A stretch of DNA of 64,000 bases from an uncultured Bacilli bacterium (lineage in GTDB: Bacteria; Bacillota_I; Bacilli_A; RF39; UBA660). Below the pieces are notes generated by a model. The model worked only from the letters and a program-made list of their open reading frames with translations. It was not told where the DNA came from and did no database searches. Shown here piece after piece: positions 37,733 to 47,307 of this stretch (position 1 is the stretch's first letter; every line of letters begins with the position of its first letter). A program made the translations under genes and the position numbers. Location: assembly GCA_947626095.1 (NCBI GenBank), contig CANQQV010000004.1, positions 32,001 to 96,000 of the forward strand, read 5' to 3'.

Positions 37733-39154
37733 ATGGCAGGATGGGATTTTACGGCTGATAGTGATATTCAAAAAAAACTTGCTAAAAATCTAAATGATGG
37801 AGCCGATAATTTTGATACCAGAATAGGAGAAATGTATAGTGAGATAGATTCACTAAGTACACATTGGGTAGGCGAGGATTATGACGCCTTTAAAACAGGG
37901 ACAGAAGGATATAAGACTGCTTTACAAGATTTATCTAACGGAATAAGAATGTTTAGTAAACATTTTGATTCGATAGCAGAAGGTACTGAAGCCTTAGCAA
38001 CAGATTTAATAACTACTATCTTAAATGCAACCAGTGGTGCTTCATCTGCTGGTAGTGGTACTGGTGCAACCGCAAATACTGGTGCAACACCAACTTCTGC
38101 AGGTAATGTCACAGCTGGAGCAAGTGGCAATGAAGAAACAGCCAATCTCGATCCAACAAGTAACGAGGCACCTGTTTCTCAGATATCTGATCCAGATTCA
38201 AATGCGCCAGCAGTAACTGAAAATCCATTATCCGCCGATAATGGCAATTCCGAAAACTCAAATACTGGAGACTCTGCATTAGAAGATGCTTCTTTAGTTG
38301 TTCCTTTAGAAGATTCTAATGCAAGTGCAAATATTGAAGCTCCTGGTTCTGAATATAATATAACAACTGATAAAAAGGATATAAATGTTAATAATATCGC
38401 AAGTGGTAGTAGAGTTGCTTCCGCTTTAGATAATTATTCTGCTGAGTTAGATAATGCTGAATATGCTAAGGTAAATGAAAATATCTTCATGACCATTACA
38501 CCAACCGAAGTCGAAGGTAATAGTTGTTATCTAACTCATGTTGTAGTAAACAATCCTAACCAAATATTTGGTGAACCAGCAAACGGTCAATATGCAAGTG
38601 GCCTTGAAACCGCTACAAGTGCCGCAAAAAGATTAGGAACAAATACAGCCTTAGTTTTAAATGGTAGTCATTTTTCCTATGCTGATGGTAGTGAAGACTT
38701 AAAAGGTGCTAACCACATAGTTATTGTTAATGGTGAAATCAAAACTAATGGTAATGCCGGTGGTATGGAAATATGTTTAGATCGTAACGGTAATTTATTT
38801 AATCCTCCAGCTGGCGCATCAGCTCAAGACTTAATTGATAGAGGTGTAGTTTATACTTTCTCAAGTCACGATTCTCATTTAATAACTGATGGTAATAAAA
38901 CATATGAACACCAAGATGAAGCTTATAATAGTACTGTAATCGGCCAAAAATCAGCTTGTGATTATTATATCTTAACTGGACCAACCTCTAATTTTGGGGC
39001 GGCTGACTATCTTTATGATAAAGGTTGTACATTTGCTAAGAGTATGGACCAAGGTGGAAGTGTATCTCTAGTTTATAATGGTCAATTAATAAATACACCA
39101 ACTGATGATAGTGGTGAAAGAGCAATTGGGGATTTCCTTTGTATAACATCTTAA
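37733..39154 (+). CDS. WXG100-like domain + low-complexity linker + phosphodiester glycosidase (NAGPA-like) domain
   Basis: ~100-aa helical N-domain with central HWVG; C-domain LNGSHF, MDQGGS..L.YNGQLIN.P....ERAIGD. Confidence 0.75.
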   Translation: MAGWDFTADSDIQKKLAKNLNDGADNFDTRIGEMYSEIDSLSTHWVGEDYDAFKTGTEGYKTALQDLSNGIRMFSKHFDSIAEGTEALATDLITTILNATSGASSAGSGTGATANTGATPTSAGNVTAGASGNEETANLDPTSNEAPVSQISDPDSNAPAVTENPLSADNGNSENSNTGDSALEDASLVVPLEDSNASANIEAPGSEYNITTDKKDINVNNIASGSRVASALDNYSAELDNAEYAKVNENIFMTITPTEVEGNSCYLTHVVVNNPNQIFGEPANGQYASGLETATSAAKRLGTNTALVLNGSHFSYADGSEDLKGANHIVIVNGEIKTNGNAGGMEICLDRNGNLFNPPAGASAQDLIDRGVVYTFSSHDSHLITDGNKTYEHQDEAYNSTVIGQKSACDYYILTGPTSNFGAADYLYDKGCTFAKSMDQGGSVSLVYNGQLINTPTDDSGERAIGDFLCITS

Positions 39155-39297
39155 AACTACATGAGACATAAAACATGTAGTTTTTTATTAAACTAATATT
39201 TTGGCTAAATATAAATATAATTCTTGTTTTACATACTTTGAATTTATACTAGTCAAAAATCTTGAATATTATAGTATAATTATAATAGGTGATATTA

Positions 39298-40383
39298 ATG
39301 AAAATTATCGTCTCAGCTGGAGGAACAGGAGGGCATATCTATCCTGCCTTAGCTATAATTAATAAATTTCAAGAACATGAAAAAAATCTCGAAGTCTTAT
39401 ATATTGGTACTCATAATCGTATGGAAAAAGATCTTATTCCTAAACGAGGAATAAAATATGAACCAATTGAAATATATGGTTTTTCCAAAAAAGATTTGTT
39501 GTTAGATTTTAAAAATATCTTTTTAATTAAAAAAGCTGAAAAAAGATGCCTAAAGTTAATGCAAGATTTTAAACCCGATTTAGTACTAGGAATCGGTGGA
39601 TACGTAACATATCCCGTTATTAAAGCTGCTCATAAATTAGGCATTAAAACTTTTATTCATGAACAAAATAGTATTCCTGGTAAATCCAATTTAGCTTTAC
39701 AAAATAAAGTTGATTTAATTGGTGTTTCCTTTAAAGAAACTATTAATAAATTTACTAAAGCTCAAGGCAAAGTTTTTTATTCTGGTAATCCTTGTGGTGA
39801 AAATGCTTTATCACTAGAACCAATGGATAAAACAACTTTAGGTTTTAAAAAGAATAAAAAATTAGTTGTCATAGTTGCAGGAAGCTTAGGATCTGCCACT
39901 GTTAATGAGAAAATGACTGAGTTTTTAGCTAAAGTCGAAAACGAAGATTACGAAGTTTTATATATAACTGGCAAAGATCTATATGATGAATTCGTTAAAG
40001 ATAAAAATTTTCCTACGAATGTTAAAGTTTTACCATATTTAGATAATTTACCAGCTCTTCTTAAAAATACTGATTTAATAGTTACTAGAGCTGGTGCCTC
40101 AACAATGAGTGAAATATTATCTTTGAACTTACCAGCTATCTTTATTCCATCACCATATGTTGCTAATAATCACCAGTATTATAACGCATTGGAAATCAAA
40201 AATAATGGTGGTGGCGAAATCATTGAAGAAAAAGATTTGACTTCTTCTAAATTGCTCAGTACAATTAATGATGTGCTTAAAAACTCAACTAAATATGCTG
40301 AGATGCGTCATAATTTAGCTAAAATGAGTATGAATAATAGCAGTGATTTAATCTATAAAAAACTAAAGGATTTGATAAAATGA
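39298..40383 (+). CDS. murG: Lipid II GlcNAc transferase MurG
   Basis: GGTGGHIYPA, GGYV, HEQN, GSLG, RAGAST, HQ..NA. Confidence 0.96.
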   Translation: MKIIVSAGGTGGHIYPALAIINKFQEHEKNLEVLYIGTHNRMEKDLIPKRGIKYEPIEIYGFSKKDLLLDFKNIFLIKKAEKRCLKLMQDFKPDLVLGIGGYVTYPVIKAAHKLGIKTFIHEQNSIPGKSNLALQNKVDLIGVSFKETINKFTKAQGKVFYSGNPCGENALSLEPMDKTTLGFKKNKKLVVIVAGSLGSATVNEKMTEFLAKVENEDYEVLYITGKDLYDEFVKDKNFPTNVKVLPYLDNLPALLKNTDLIVTRAGASTMSEILSLNLPAIFIPSPYVANNHQYYNALEIKNNGGGEIIEEKDLTSSKLLSTINDVLKNSTKYAEMRHNLAKMSMNNSSDLIYKKLKDLIK

Positions 40384-41276
40384 TCGAAGAATTAACAAAA
40401 TATGGTACTGTTGAAGAACATGCTACCTTAAAAAATTTAAATACTTATCATATTGGCAGTACTACAAGATATCTTATTTCACCTAATTCAGTTCAAGATT
40501 TAATAAGTATTTTAAAACTTTTAAAAGAAAACAATATTAAATATTTTATTCTTGGTAATGGTTCTAATATCATTCTAAATGATCGTGAATATGCTGGTGC
40601 AGTTATTCGTTTAAATAATTTAAATGGTTTAGAGATTCAAGAGGATAAAAACTTAACATATGCGGAAGCAGGTGTTATGTTACCAACTCTGGTTAAAGAA
40701 GTTATTAATCGCTCTTTAACTGGTCTAGAATTTGCTGCTGGCATCCCCGGTACCATCGGTGGGGCAATATACGGTAATGCTGGAGCTTATAACTCATGCA
40801 TTATGGATTATGTCGAATCAGTAACAGTTTTAGATGAAAACTTTGAAATTCAAACTATTGAACATGAAGATATTACTTATAGTTATCGTACTAGTATGTT
40901 TAAAGAAACTAAAAAATATATTATCATCGCTGCTAAATTCTTCTTAAAAAAGGGTGATAAACAAAGCTCATTAGAATTAGTTGAAGAACGTCAAAAAAGA
41001 CGTGTTGAAACTCAACCATTAGAATATGCCTCAGCCGGTTCTGTCTTCCGTAATCCTGAAGGTGACTTTGCTGGTCGTTTAATCGAATCATCTGGTTTAA
41101 AAGGTTATAAAATCGGTGGCGCTGAAGTATCAGAAAAACACGCTAATTTTATTATCAATAAAGGTAATGCTACTAGCAAAGACGTTTATAAACTAATTAA
41201 TTATGTCCATGATACCGTTTTAGAAAAAACAAAAGTTGATTTATTAATCGAACAAGAATTTATAGATTGGGAGTAA
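40380..41276 (+). CDS. murB: UDP-N-acetylmuramate dehydrogenase
   Basis: LGNGSN, GLEFAAGIPGTIGGA, SAGSVFRNP, SEKHANF. Confidence 0.96.
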   Translation: MIEELTKYGTVEEHATLKNLNTYHIGSTTRYLISPNSVQDLISILKLLKENNIKYFILGNGSNIILNDREYAGAVIRLNNLNGLEIQEDKNLTYAEAGVMLPTLVKEVINRSLTGLEFAAGIPGTIGGAIYGNAGAYNSCIMDYVESVTVLDENFEIQTIEHEDITYSYRTSMFKETKKYIIIAAKFFLKKGDKQSSLELVEERQKRRVETQPLEYASAGSVFRNPEGDFAGRLIESSGLKGYKIGGAEVSEKHANFIINKGNATSKDVYKLINYVHDTVLEKTKVDLLIEQEFIDWE

Positions 41277-41280
41277 TAAT

Positions 41281-42084
41281 ATGGGAAAAAAAGTCCAACA
41301 ACCAAAGCCTAAAAAAAGAAGACGTTTACGTGTCAAATTCCTTTTAAAGTTATTGGCTTTTATCTGCCTAATTGTTGGAATAATTCTCTATTTAAAAAAC
41401 TACCATATTACTAATATTTATATAACTGGCAATGATACAATTCCTGATGTTAAAATAATTGAAACCTTAGAAATTAAAGACTATCCTAAAATGTCTAAAT
41501 TAAAAGTCAAAAAAGCTCAAAATAATTTATTAGAACAGAATCCTATAATTGAAAAAGTTTCGATTAAAAGAGGTTTATTTGGTAAACTAAGTATTAATAT
41601 TGAAGAATCTAAAATCTTATTTTATTACAAATATAATAATAAGTATATAACTACCTCTGGTAAATCAATTGATGATGTCAATAATGAATATTATGGTTAT
41701 CCATCCTTACTTAATTTTACCCCTGATACGATTTTTGAAGATCTATTAAAAGGTTTAAACAAGGTTGACTATAATATTATTAAGATGATAAATGAAATTG
41801 AATATAATCCCTATAAAGGTAGTGATGGTACAATAATCGATAATAATCGTTTTACCTTAAAAATGAATGATGGTAATACTGTAATCATCGATATTGTTAA
41901 TATTAAAAACTTAAATTCTTATAATAAAATTTATGCTTCATTATCCATGGATCAAGAAAAAGGAGTTTTATATCTTGATACCATAACCGAAGATAATATT
42001 TATTTTAAAAGTTATGATACAATAGCTAAAGAAGAAGAGGAAGCTGCGGCTAAAGAACAAGAAGAAAAAACTGAAGAAGAGTAG
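41281..42084 (+). CDS. divIB: Cell division protein DivIB/FtsQ
   Basis: Basic N-tail, TM, POTRA (I.ITGN), MNDGN.V, G.LYLD; follows murB. Confidence 0.8.
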   Translation: MGKKVQQPKPKKRRRLRVKFLLKLLAFICLIVGIILYLKNYHITNIYITGNDTIPDVKIIETLEIKDYPKMSKLKVKKAQNNLLEQNPIIEKVSIKRGLFGKLSINIEESKILFYYKYNNKYITTSGKSIDDVNNEYYGYPSLLNFTPDTIFEDLLKGLNKVDYNIIKMINEIEYNPYKGSDGTIIDNNRFTLKMNDGNTVIIDIVNIKNLNSYNKIYASLSMDQEKGVLYLDTITEDNIYFKSYDTIAKEEEEAAAKEQEEKTEEE

Positions 42085-42091
42085 TGATTAT

Positions 42092-42730
42092 ATGAATTAT
42101 GACAAAATAATGCATGAAACAATTACTAAAATTAAAGAAGATAAGGTTATCCCTCGTCTTCTTTTGCATAGTTGTTGTGCTCCATGTTCATCTCACGTTA
42201 TTGATACCTTAACCCCATATTTTAATATAACTATTTTTTATTATAATCCTAATATTGAACCATTTGCTGAATATGAAAAAAGAAAAGAGGAAGAAATTCG
42301 TTTTCTAAAAGAATATCCAGCTCAAAATAAGCTAGATATTATCGATTGTGATTATGATAACGACTTATATCATGAAGCCATCAAAGGTTTAGAAAACCTA
42401 GGTGAAAGAAGTCCAAGATGTCATAAATGTTATTATCTGCGTCTTGAAAAAACTGCTCTTAAAGCGAAAGAACTAGGTTATGATTACTTTGGTACTACTT
42501 TAACTGTTAGTCCCTACAAAGATAGTCAAAAACTAAATGAAATAGGGGAGTTTCTAAGTACTAAATATCACGTTAACTATTTATATTCCGATTTTAAGAA
42601 AAATAATGGTTACTTACATAGTATCGAACTTGCAAAAAAATATAATTTATATCGTCAAGATTATTGTGGTTGTATCTATTCTAAAGCCGAAAGAGAATTC
42701 CAAAAGAAACAAAAAAGTACGGAAACTTAA
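42092..42730 (+). CDS. queH: Epoxyqueuosine reductase QueH
   Basis: LLLHSCCAPCS, YNPNI.P..EY, RC..CY..RL, YRQDYCGC. Confidence 0.93.
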   Translation: MNYDKIMHETITKIKEDKVIPRLLLHSCCAPCSSHVIDTLTPYFNITIFYYNPNIEPFAEYEKRKEEEIRFLKEYPAQNKLDIIDCDYDNDLYHEAIKGLENLGERSPRCHKCYYLRLEKTALKAKELGYDYFGTTLTVSPYKDSQKLNEIGEFLSTKYHVNYLYSDFKKNNGYLHSIELAKKYNLYRQDYCGCIYSKAEREFQKKQKSTET

Positions 42731-42741
42731 TTTCGTACTTT

Positions 42742-43473
42742 TTACTTTGTATAAAAATTATTTATATATTCTTGATAAGCTTTATAAGCCGGTTCACTTA
42801 AATCAGCTTTTTTATAAGTAATTGCTAAATATTTACATATTTCCTTAACTAAATAATCAGTAAAATATGGATTTCTTACTAATAGTGGTCCAATTAAATA
42901 AGTACCATAAAAGTTATTATAATGAATTCCTTCATTTTTTTCTTTAGGATTATATCCCGTACCATCAATTACTTGAAATAAACTTTCACTAGCGTTATTT
43001 AACACACTATTTCGATTTTGAAAACCAATAATCTTTTTATCGATAAGTGAACATTCATAATACTGTGGACCAACTGTTCTAAACTCTTCTTCAACCGCCT
43101 CATAAGTAAATGCACTAAGACATTTCAATACTTTATCTCCTTTAGTTAAAGATTGTCCAAATAAATCAATCGCATTACCAGTAATTAAGAAAAATTTATT
43201 CTTATTAATTGCTTCAATAACTTTATCTTTATATTTTATTAAATTATTTAAGACAATTTCTTGATTTTCTAAACTGCCCATTCCAATATAATAAAAATCA
43301 TACTTATCAAAATCTATTTTATCTTCAATACTTAAGAAATGAATTTCTGGTTCAATATCTTGCTGTTCTAATTTCTTCTTTAAAAACCTAATATTTCCAT
43401 TCTCACCATATAGATTCATTAAATCATAATACAAATGAGCTATCTTAAACTTTTTCATTTTCATCATCCTCAA
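42742..43473 (-). CDS. gatD: Lipid II isoglutaminyl synthase glutaminase subunit
   Basis: HLYYDLMNLYGENGN, GTY..GP.L.RNP; coupled to murT; true start may be a few codons downstream. Confidence 0.88.
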   Translation of the reverse strand: MRMMKMKKFKIAHLYYDLMNLYGENGNIRFLKKKLEQQDIEPEIHFLSIEDKIDFDKYDFYYIGMGSLENQEIVLNNLIKYKDKVIEAINKNKFFLITGNAIDLFGQSLTKGDKVLKCLSAFTYEAVEEEFRTVGPQYYECSLIDKKIIGFQNRNSVLNNASESLFQVIDGTGYNPKEKNEGIHYNNFYGTYLIGPLLVRNPYFTDYLVKEICKYLAITYKKADLSEPAYKAYQEYINNFYTK

Positions 43474-44794
43474 TTAATTTTAAAATATTAGCAGTCATAT
43501 CAAAACAAACCATTGTATAAATATCTCCAACACTATCTTTTTTAACTAACTTAATCAAATTACTTAAATCATCAACTAAAACAATTTTATCTTTTGGTAT
43601 ATCTGTAAAAGAAAGTCTTGTCATTACATCATATCTAAATCGACCAATACAAAATATCTTATCAATATTCTTACTATCTAATAATTCAAAATCAACATCC
43701 CAAAGCCATGATACATCATTAAACTTATATCTACGTGAGACATTATCAAATCCTAAAATAATTGTTTTTTTACCTTTTTGATTATTTATAAATCTAATTG
43801 ATTGGTAATAACTTAAATTATTTTCATTTTTACTTTCTAGCATTGTTAGATTACGTCCATCTAAATCTAATACTTTAGCTCTTTTAGAAGCTATCTTATC
43901 ACTATTAATCGCTTTAAGAATAACTTCATCACTAACCCCAATACTACGACATATTGCATAAGCAGCTACTGTATAATAAACAGCATACAATACATCTTTA
44001 TTTAAATATACGTCCTGACCATTTATTTTAATACTATGTTTACAAAAATCGACATCAGTCGCTTCATAATCGACAACTCCACGTTTATAATCACATTTCT
44101 TACAACGATAATTACCGATATGACCATAATGATAATAATCATAAGTTAATTTACTTTTACATTTAGGACAATAAGCATAATCCGTTGCTTCAATATTACT
44201 TTTTATATAACTATCTTTCGTTCTAGCAACTCCATAAGTAACACGATCATTTTTAAATAAATAAGTCATACGATTAACTAATGGATCATCAGCATTAATA
44301 ATTAATTTCGTTTCTTTACTAACAGCTTTTAAAATATCATTAAAAACTAAGTCCGGTTCACCATTACGTGGTGGCTGATCTCTTGTAATATTTGTAATCG
44401 CTAAATGAGTAACTTTATTTTTCCCAAATATTCTCTTTAAGTGTCTCTCATCACATTCTAATAATAAAACATCATGTTTAAATTCACCATTTAAAGAGCA
44501 ATTATTTAAGATTAAAGTCATCGCTGCTAAAACACCATTACTACCATTTTTGTTATAACAAACATCATACCCCGCATCAGTTAAAACATGATTAACTAAT
44601 TCTGTAGTTGAACCCTTACCAGAAGATCCACTAATCGCTATAACATATTTTGGATATTTAACTTTCTCTAATATTTTTTGTTGTCTTAATATTTCATGAA
44701 TAAACCATCCAGGATATACTGATCCATTTCTCCCAAACAATTTACAAACTTTTGTAATTAATCGACATATTATAATCATTATTGTTAAACGCAT
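43445..44794 (-). CDS. murT: Lipid II isoglutaminyl synthase ligase subunit
   Basis: Mur-ligase P-loop GSSGKGSTT, E.DE, RDQ, CPKC..C..C zinc site, DVSWLWDVDFE. Confidence 0.92.
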   Translation of the reverse strand: MRLTIMIIICRLITKVCKLFGRNGSVYPGWFIHEILRQQKILEKVKYPKYVIAISGSSGKGSTTELVNHVLTDAGYDVCYNKNGSNGVLAAMTLILNNCSLNGEFKHDVLLLECDERHLKRIFGKNKVTHLAITNITRDQPPRNGEPDLVFNDILKAVSKETKLIINADDPLVNRMTYLFKNDRVTYGVARTKDSYIKSNIEATDYAYCPKCKSKLTYDYYHYGHIGNYRCKKCDYKRGVVDYEATDVDFCKHSIKINGQDVYLNKDVLYAVYYTVAAYAICRSIGVSDEVILKAINSDKIASKRAKVLDLDGRNLTMLESKNENNLSYYQSIRFINNQKGKKTIILGFDNVSRRYKFNDVSWLWDVDFELLDSKNIDKIFCIGRFRYDVMTRLSFTDIPKDKIVLVDDLSNLIKLVKKDSVGDIYTMVCFDMTANILKLIEDDENEKV

Positions 44795-44866
44795 TTAAAT
44801 CACCTAAACAAATTATATCAAATTATAAAAACTTTATGTCACAAACCCGTATATTTTTACATATTT

Positions 44867-44873
44867 TGTCGAA
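44867..44873 (+). promoter_or_regulatory. Possible Spo0A box
   Basis: Perfect TGTCGAA in the divergent intergenic region; a 7-mer can occur by chance. Confidence 0.35.
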
Positions 44874-44921
44874 CTTCTAGCTTCCAAATCTTTCTTTTGC
44901 TATTATACTAATGGTGATAAT

Positions 44922-45149
44922 ATGGAAATGATTTATACTAATAATACTTTATATATCAATATCGAAGATCGTATTAATTTTTCTTTAATAAACAACTTGC
45001 AAAAGAAGTTATATCGTATCATTGATTCTTACCATATCAATAATATTGAAATAAATATTTTAAATGATACTCATTATGATCATAGTTTACTAAATGATTT
45101 AGTTAATGACTATCAAGGTAAGTATAATGGCAAAATAATTGTTAAATAA
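44922..45149 (+). CDS. Small hypothetical protein, degenerate STAS/SpoIIAA-like
   Basis: Beta-alpha pattern LYINIEDRIN...L..KL..II....I..IEINI....HYDHS. Confidence 0.5.
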   Translation: MEMIYTNNTLYINIEDRINFSLINNLQKKLYRIIDSYHINNIEINILNDTHYDHSLLNDLVNDYQGKYNGKIIVK

Positions 45150-45185
45150 ATCAATATTTATTGTATAATAAGTTCATGAAGAGGG

Positions 45186-45698
45186 ATGTATATGGAAATA
45201 TTTATTAATTATTTAACTTTTATTCCTTGGTTATTATATTGTATTGCTTTATCTAAATATGCGATTAAAACAGTTAATACAACCAAGATAAATAAAGAAT
45301 GGGTCAAAAAGAATATCCTTAATATATTTCGTTTTGATAGTTTAATTTTAATTGCCATCTTTATTTATTTTACCATTAGTTATAAAACATCTAAGCAAAT
45401 ATGGTTAGTCGAAGTCTTATTATTTTCGGCGATTAATTTATACTTATACTTTAATTCTTATTATGATAAAAATAAAAGCAATTACGAAATTGATACTAAA
45501 GACTTAAGTACCGTTCTAATTATCTTAATTATCTTTTTAATTCCTATAATTTATTTTATATCTACTCATAATACTAGTATTACGTATTACATTTTATTCG
45601 CTTATAATTTCTTTAATTTTGTCATTGTCTATATTTCAAAGCAAATAAATGATTTATTTATTAAGTTAATTCAAAGTAAAAAACATGAAAACAAATAA
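45186..45698 (+). CDS. Hypothetical membrane protein
   Basis: About 5 hydrophobic segments. Confidence 0.7.
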   Translation: MYMEIFINYLTFIPWLLYCIALSKYAIKTVNTTKINKEWVKKNILNIFRFDSLILIAIFIYFTISYKTSKQIWLVEVLLFSAINLYLYFNSYYDKNKSNYEIDTKDLSTVLIILIIFLIPIIYFISTHNTSITYYILFAYNFFNFVIVYISKQINDLFIKLIQSKKHENK

Positions 45699-46377
45699 TT
45701 ATAATATCGAAAAAATCGTTGATTCCTTGCATAATCGTGGCTTTACTAACTTTCTTACTCGTAAAGAATTAATGCTTGTTAAAGGAAGAATTAATAAAAA
45801 CGAATATCAAATATATGAGTTATATCCTGAATGTAGTAAGATTATTTTATTTAAAAGTCATTTACCAGAGATTAAACTATTTAAAATCGAAAATTCAAGT
45901 ACCTTAACTCATCGTGATATCCTTGGAGCAATCTATTCTTTAGGCTTAAACGAAGATACTTTTGGTGATATCATTAAATACCAAGAATCATACTATTTCT
46001 TTATCTTATCTCATCTTGAAAACTATTTTAAAAACAATTTAACTAATATCAAAAATAGCAATATAAGTTTAATAGAAGTTGATTTAGAACTAAAAAATAA
46101 CTTTGAACTATCATATTATGCCAAAGAATATATTGTCTCATCTTTAAGAATTGATAATATCGTCAGCACCATTACTAATGAAAGCCGTAAATCAGTTCTT
46201 GCCAAATTTACTAATAATGAAGTTAATTTAAATTATAATGAAAACGTCAAACCAACTAAAATTATCGAAATAGGGGATATCTTTAGTATCAGAAGATATG
46301 GTAAATACAAATATAATGGTATTAAAAAAATAACTAAAAAAGGTGGCTTCATCATTGAAATATTAGTATATAACTAA
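45685..46377 (+). CDS. ylmH: YlmH/Sll1252 family S4-domain RNA-binding protein
   Basis: T.FLT, LTHRDILGA..SLG...FGDI, VSSLRID, GDIFSIRRYGK, TKKG. Confidence 0.88.
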   Translation: MKTNNYNIEKIVDSLHNRGFTNFLTRKELMLVKGRINKNEYQIYELYPECSKIILFKSHLPEIKLFKIENSSTLTHRDILGAIYSLGLNEDTFGDIIKYQESYYFFILSHLENYFKNNLTNIKNSNISLIEVDLELKNNFELSYYAKEYIVSSLRIDNIVSTITNESRKSVLAKFTNNEVNLNYNENVKPTKIIEIGDIFSIRRYGKYKYNGIKKITKKGGFIIEILVYN

Positions 46378-46449
46378 AGATAAAATTGACTTATTTGTCC
46401 CAATAGTGTACAATCAGTCTCATCATTTATTTATGGGGGAAAGAAAAAA

Positions 46450-47145
46450 ATGAGTAGAAGACATCTTGCAGAAGATGAATATAATAAAATTGAAAAAAAA
46501 ACTAATACTAAAAAGGTTGCTAAAACAGTAGCAGCCATAATAGTAATTGGTGGTGTCGTTGTCGGTAGTATTGCAATTGCTGCTAATAATGCCCAAACTA
46601 AAATAAGTAAAAGAACAGAAAGCTTAATCGACGAATATACCGTAAGTGATTGCTTAACTTTACCAGAAAATGTTACTATAACTCAAGCTTATGACTTACA
46701 TTTCTGTGATGGCGAAGAATTATATAAAGGTATAACAAAAAACGGTATTAAATACTGTGAAGTATTAGATGAATACTATACTGAAGATGGTCGTGATATT
46801 GCTGTTTTAACTATTAATGGTACATATACTGAATATATTGAAGCTGACTGTGTTGAAGTAAACGGCGCTAAAATATATATGGCACCAGAAGGTTACGAAT
46901 TATATGGTGAATATGCTTATCGTATTATTAATAAATCATATAAGCAAATAATTGAAAAACAAAGCGATTATTCAAACATTCAAATTAAAGATTTAGACAA
47001 TGTTACAATCGACGTTGAAGAAGTTCATAGTCGTCCATTTACTGATATCTTATCTGAAACTTTAATTATTGATGTTCCAGATGGAGCTGTTCTTAACGAA
47101 AATCAAGAATGTAGTGCATCATTTAGACTAGTTCCAAAAGAATAA
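46450..47145 (+). CDS. Membrane-anchored hypothetical protein
   Basis: N-terminal TM; acidic Cys-containing extracellular part; own TTGACT-17-TACAAT promoter. Confidence 0.75.
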   Translation: MSRRHLAEDEYNKIEKKTNTKKVAKTVAAIIVIGGVVVGSIAIAANNAQTKISKRTESLIDEYTVSDCLTLPENVTITQAYDLHFCDGEELYKGITKNGIKYCEVLDEYYTEDGRDIAVLTINGTYTEYIEADCVEVNGAKIYMAPEGYELYGEYAYRIINKSYKQIIEKQSDYSNIQIKDLDNVTIDVEEVHSRPFTDILSETLIIDVPDGAVLNENQECSASFRLVPKE

Positions 47146-47199
47146 AAAAAGTTAAAAAAGTACTTGTTATAAGTATTTTTTTTTGGTACAATATTACCG

Positions 47200-47300
47200 G
47201 CTTTAAAAAGCAAATAAACATGTTTGTGGATTTTATTCTCGAGTGCTTAAAATTAAGTGAGGATATTTAGAAACAAACAGAAGTAAAAACGAAGGAGGGA
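47200..47300 (+). promoter_or_regulatory. Structured rpsB 5' leader (probable S2 autoregulatory element)
   Basis: ~105-nt leader; TGTTTGT pairs with ACAAACA, with nested stems; position matches known S2 leaders. Confidence 0.5.
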
Positions 47301-47307
47301 AATTTTT

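Noticed and set aside
38030-38340. Low-complexity GC-richer stretch as a tandem repeat array
   Set aside because: Encodes an Ala/Ser/Thr/Gly linker; no regular repeat unit.
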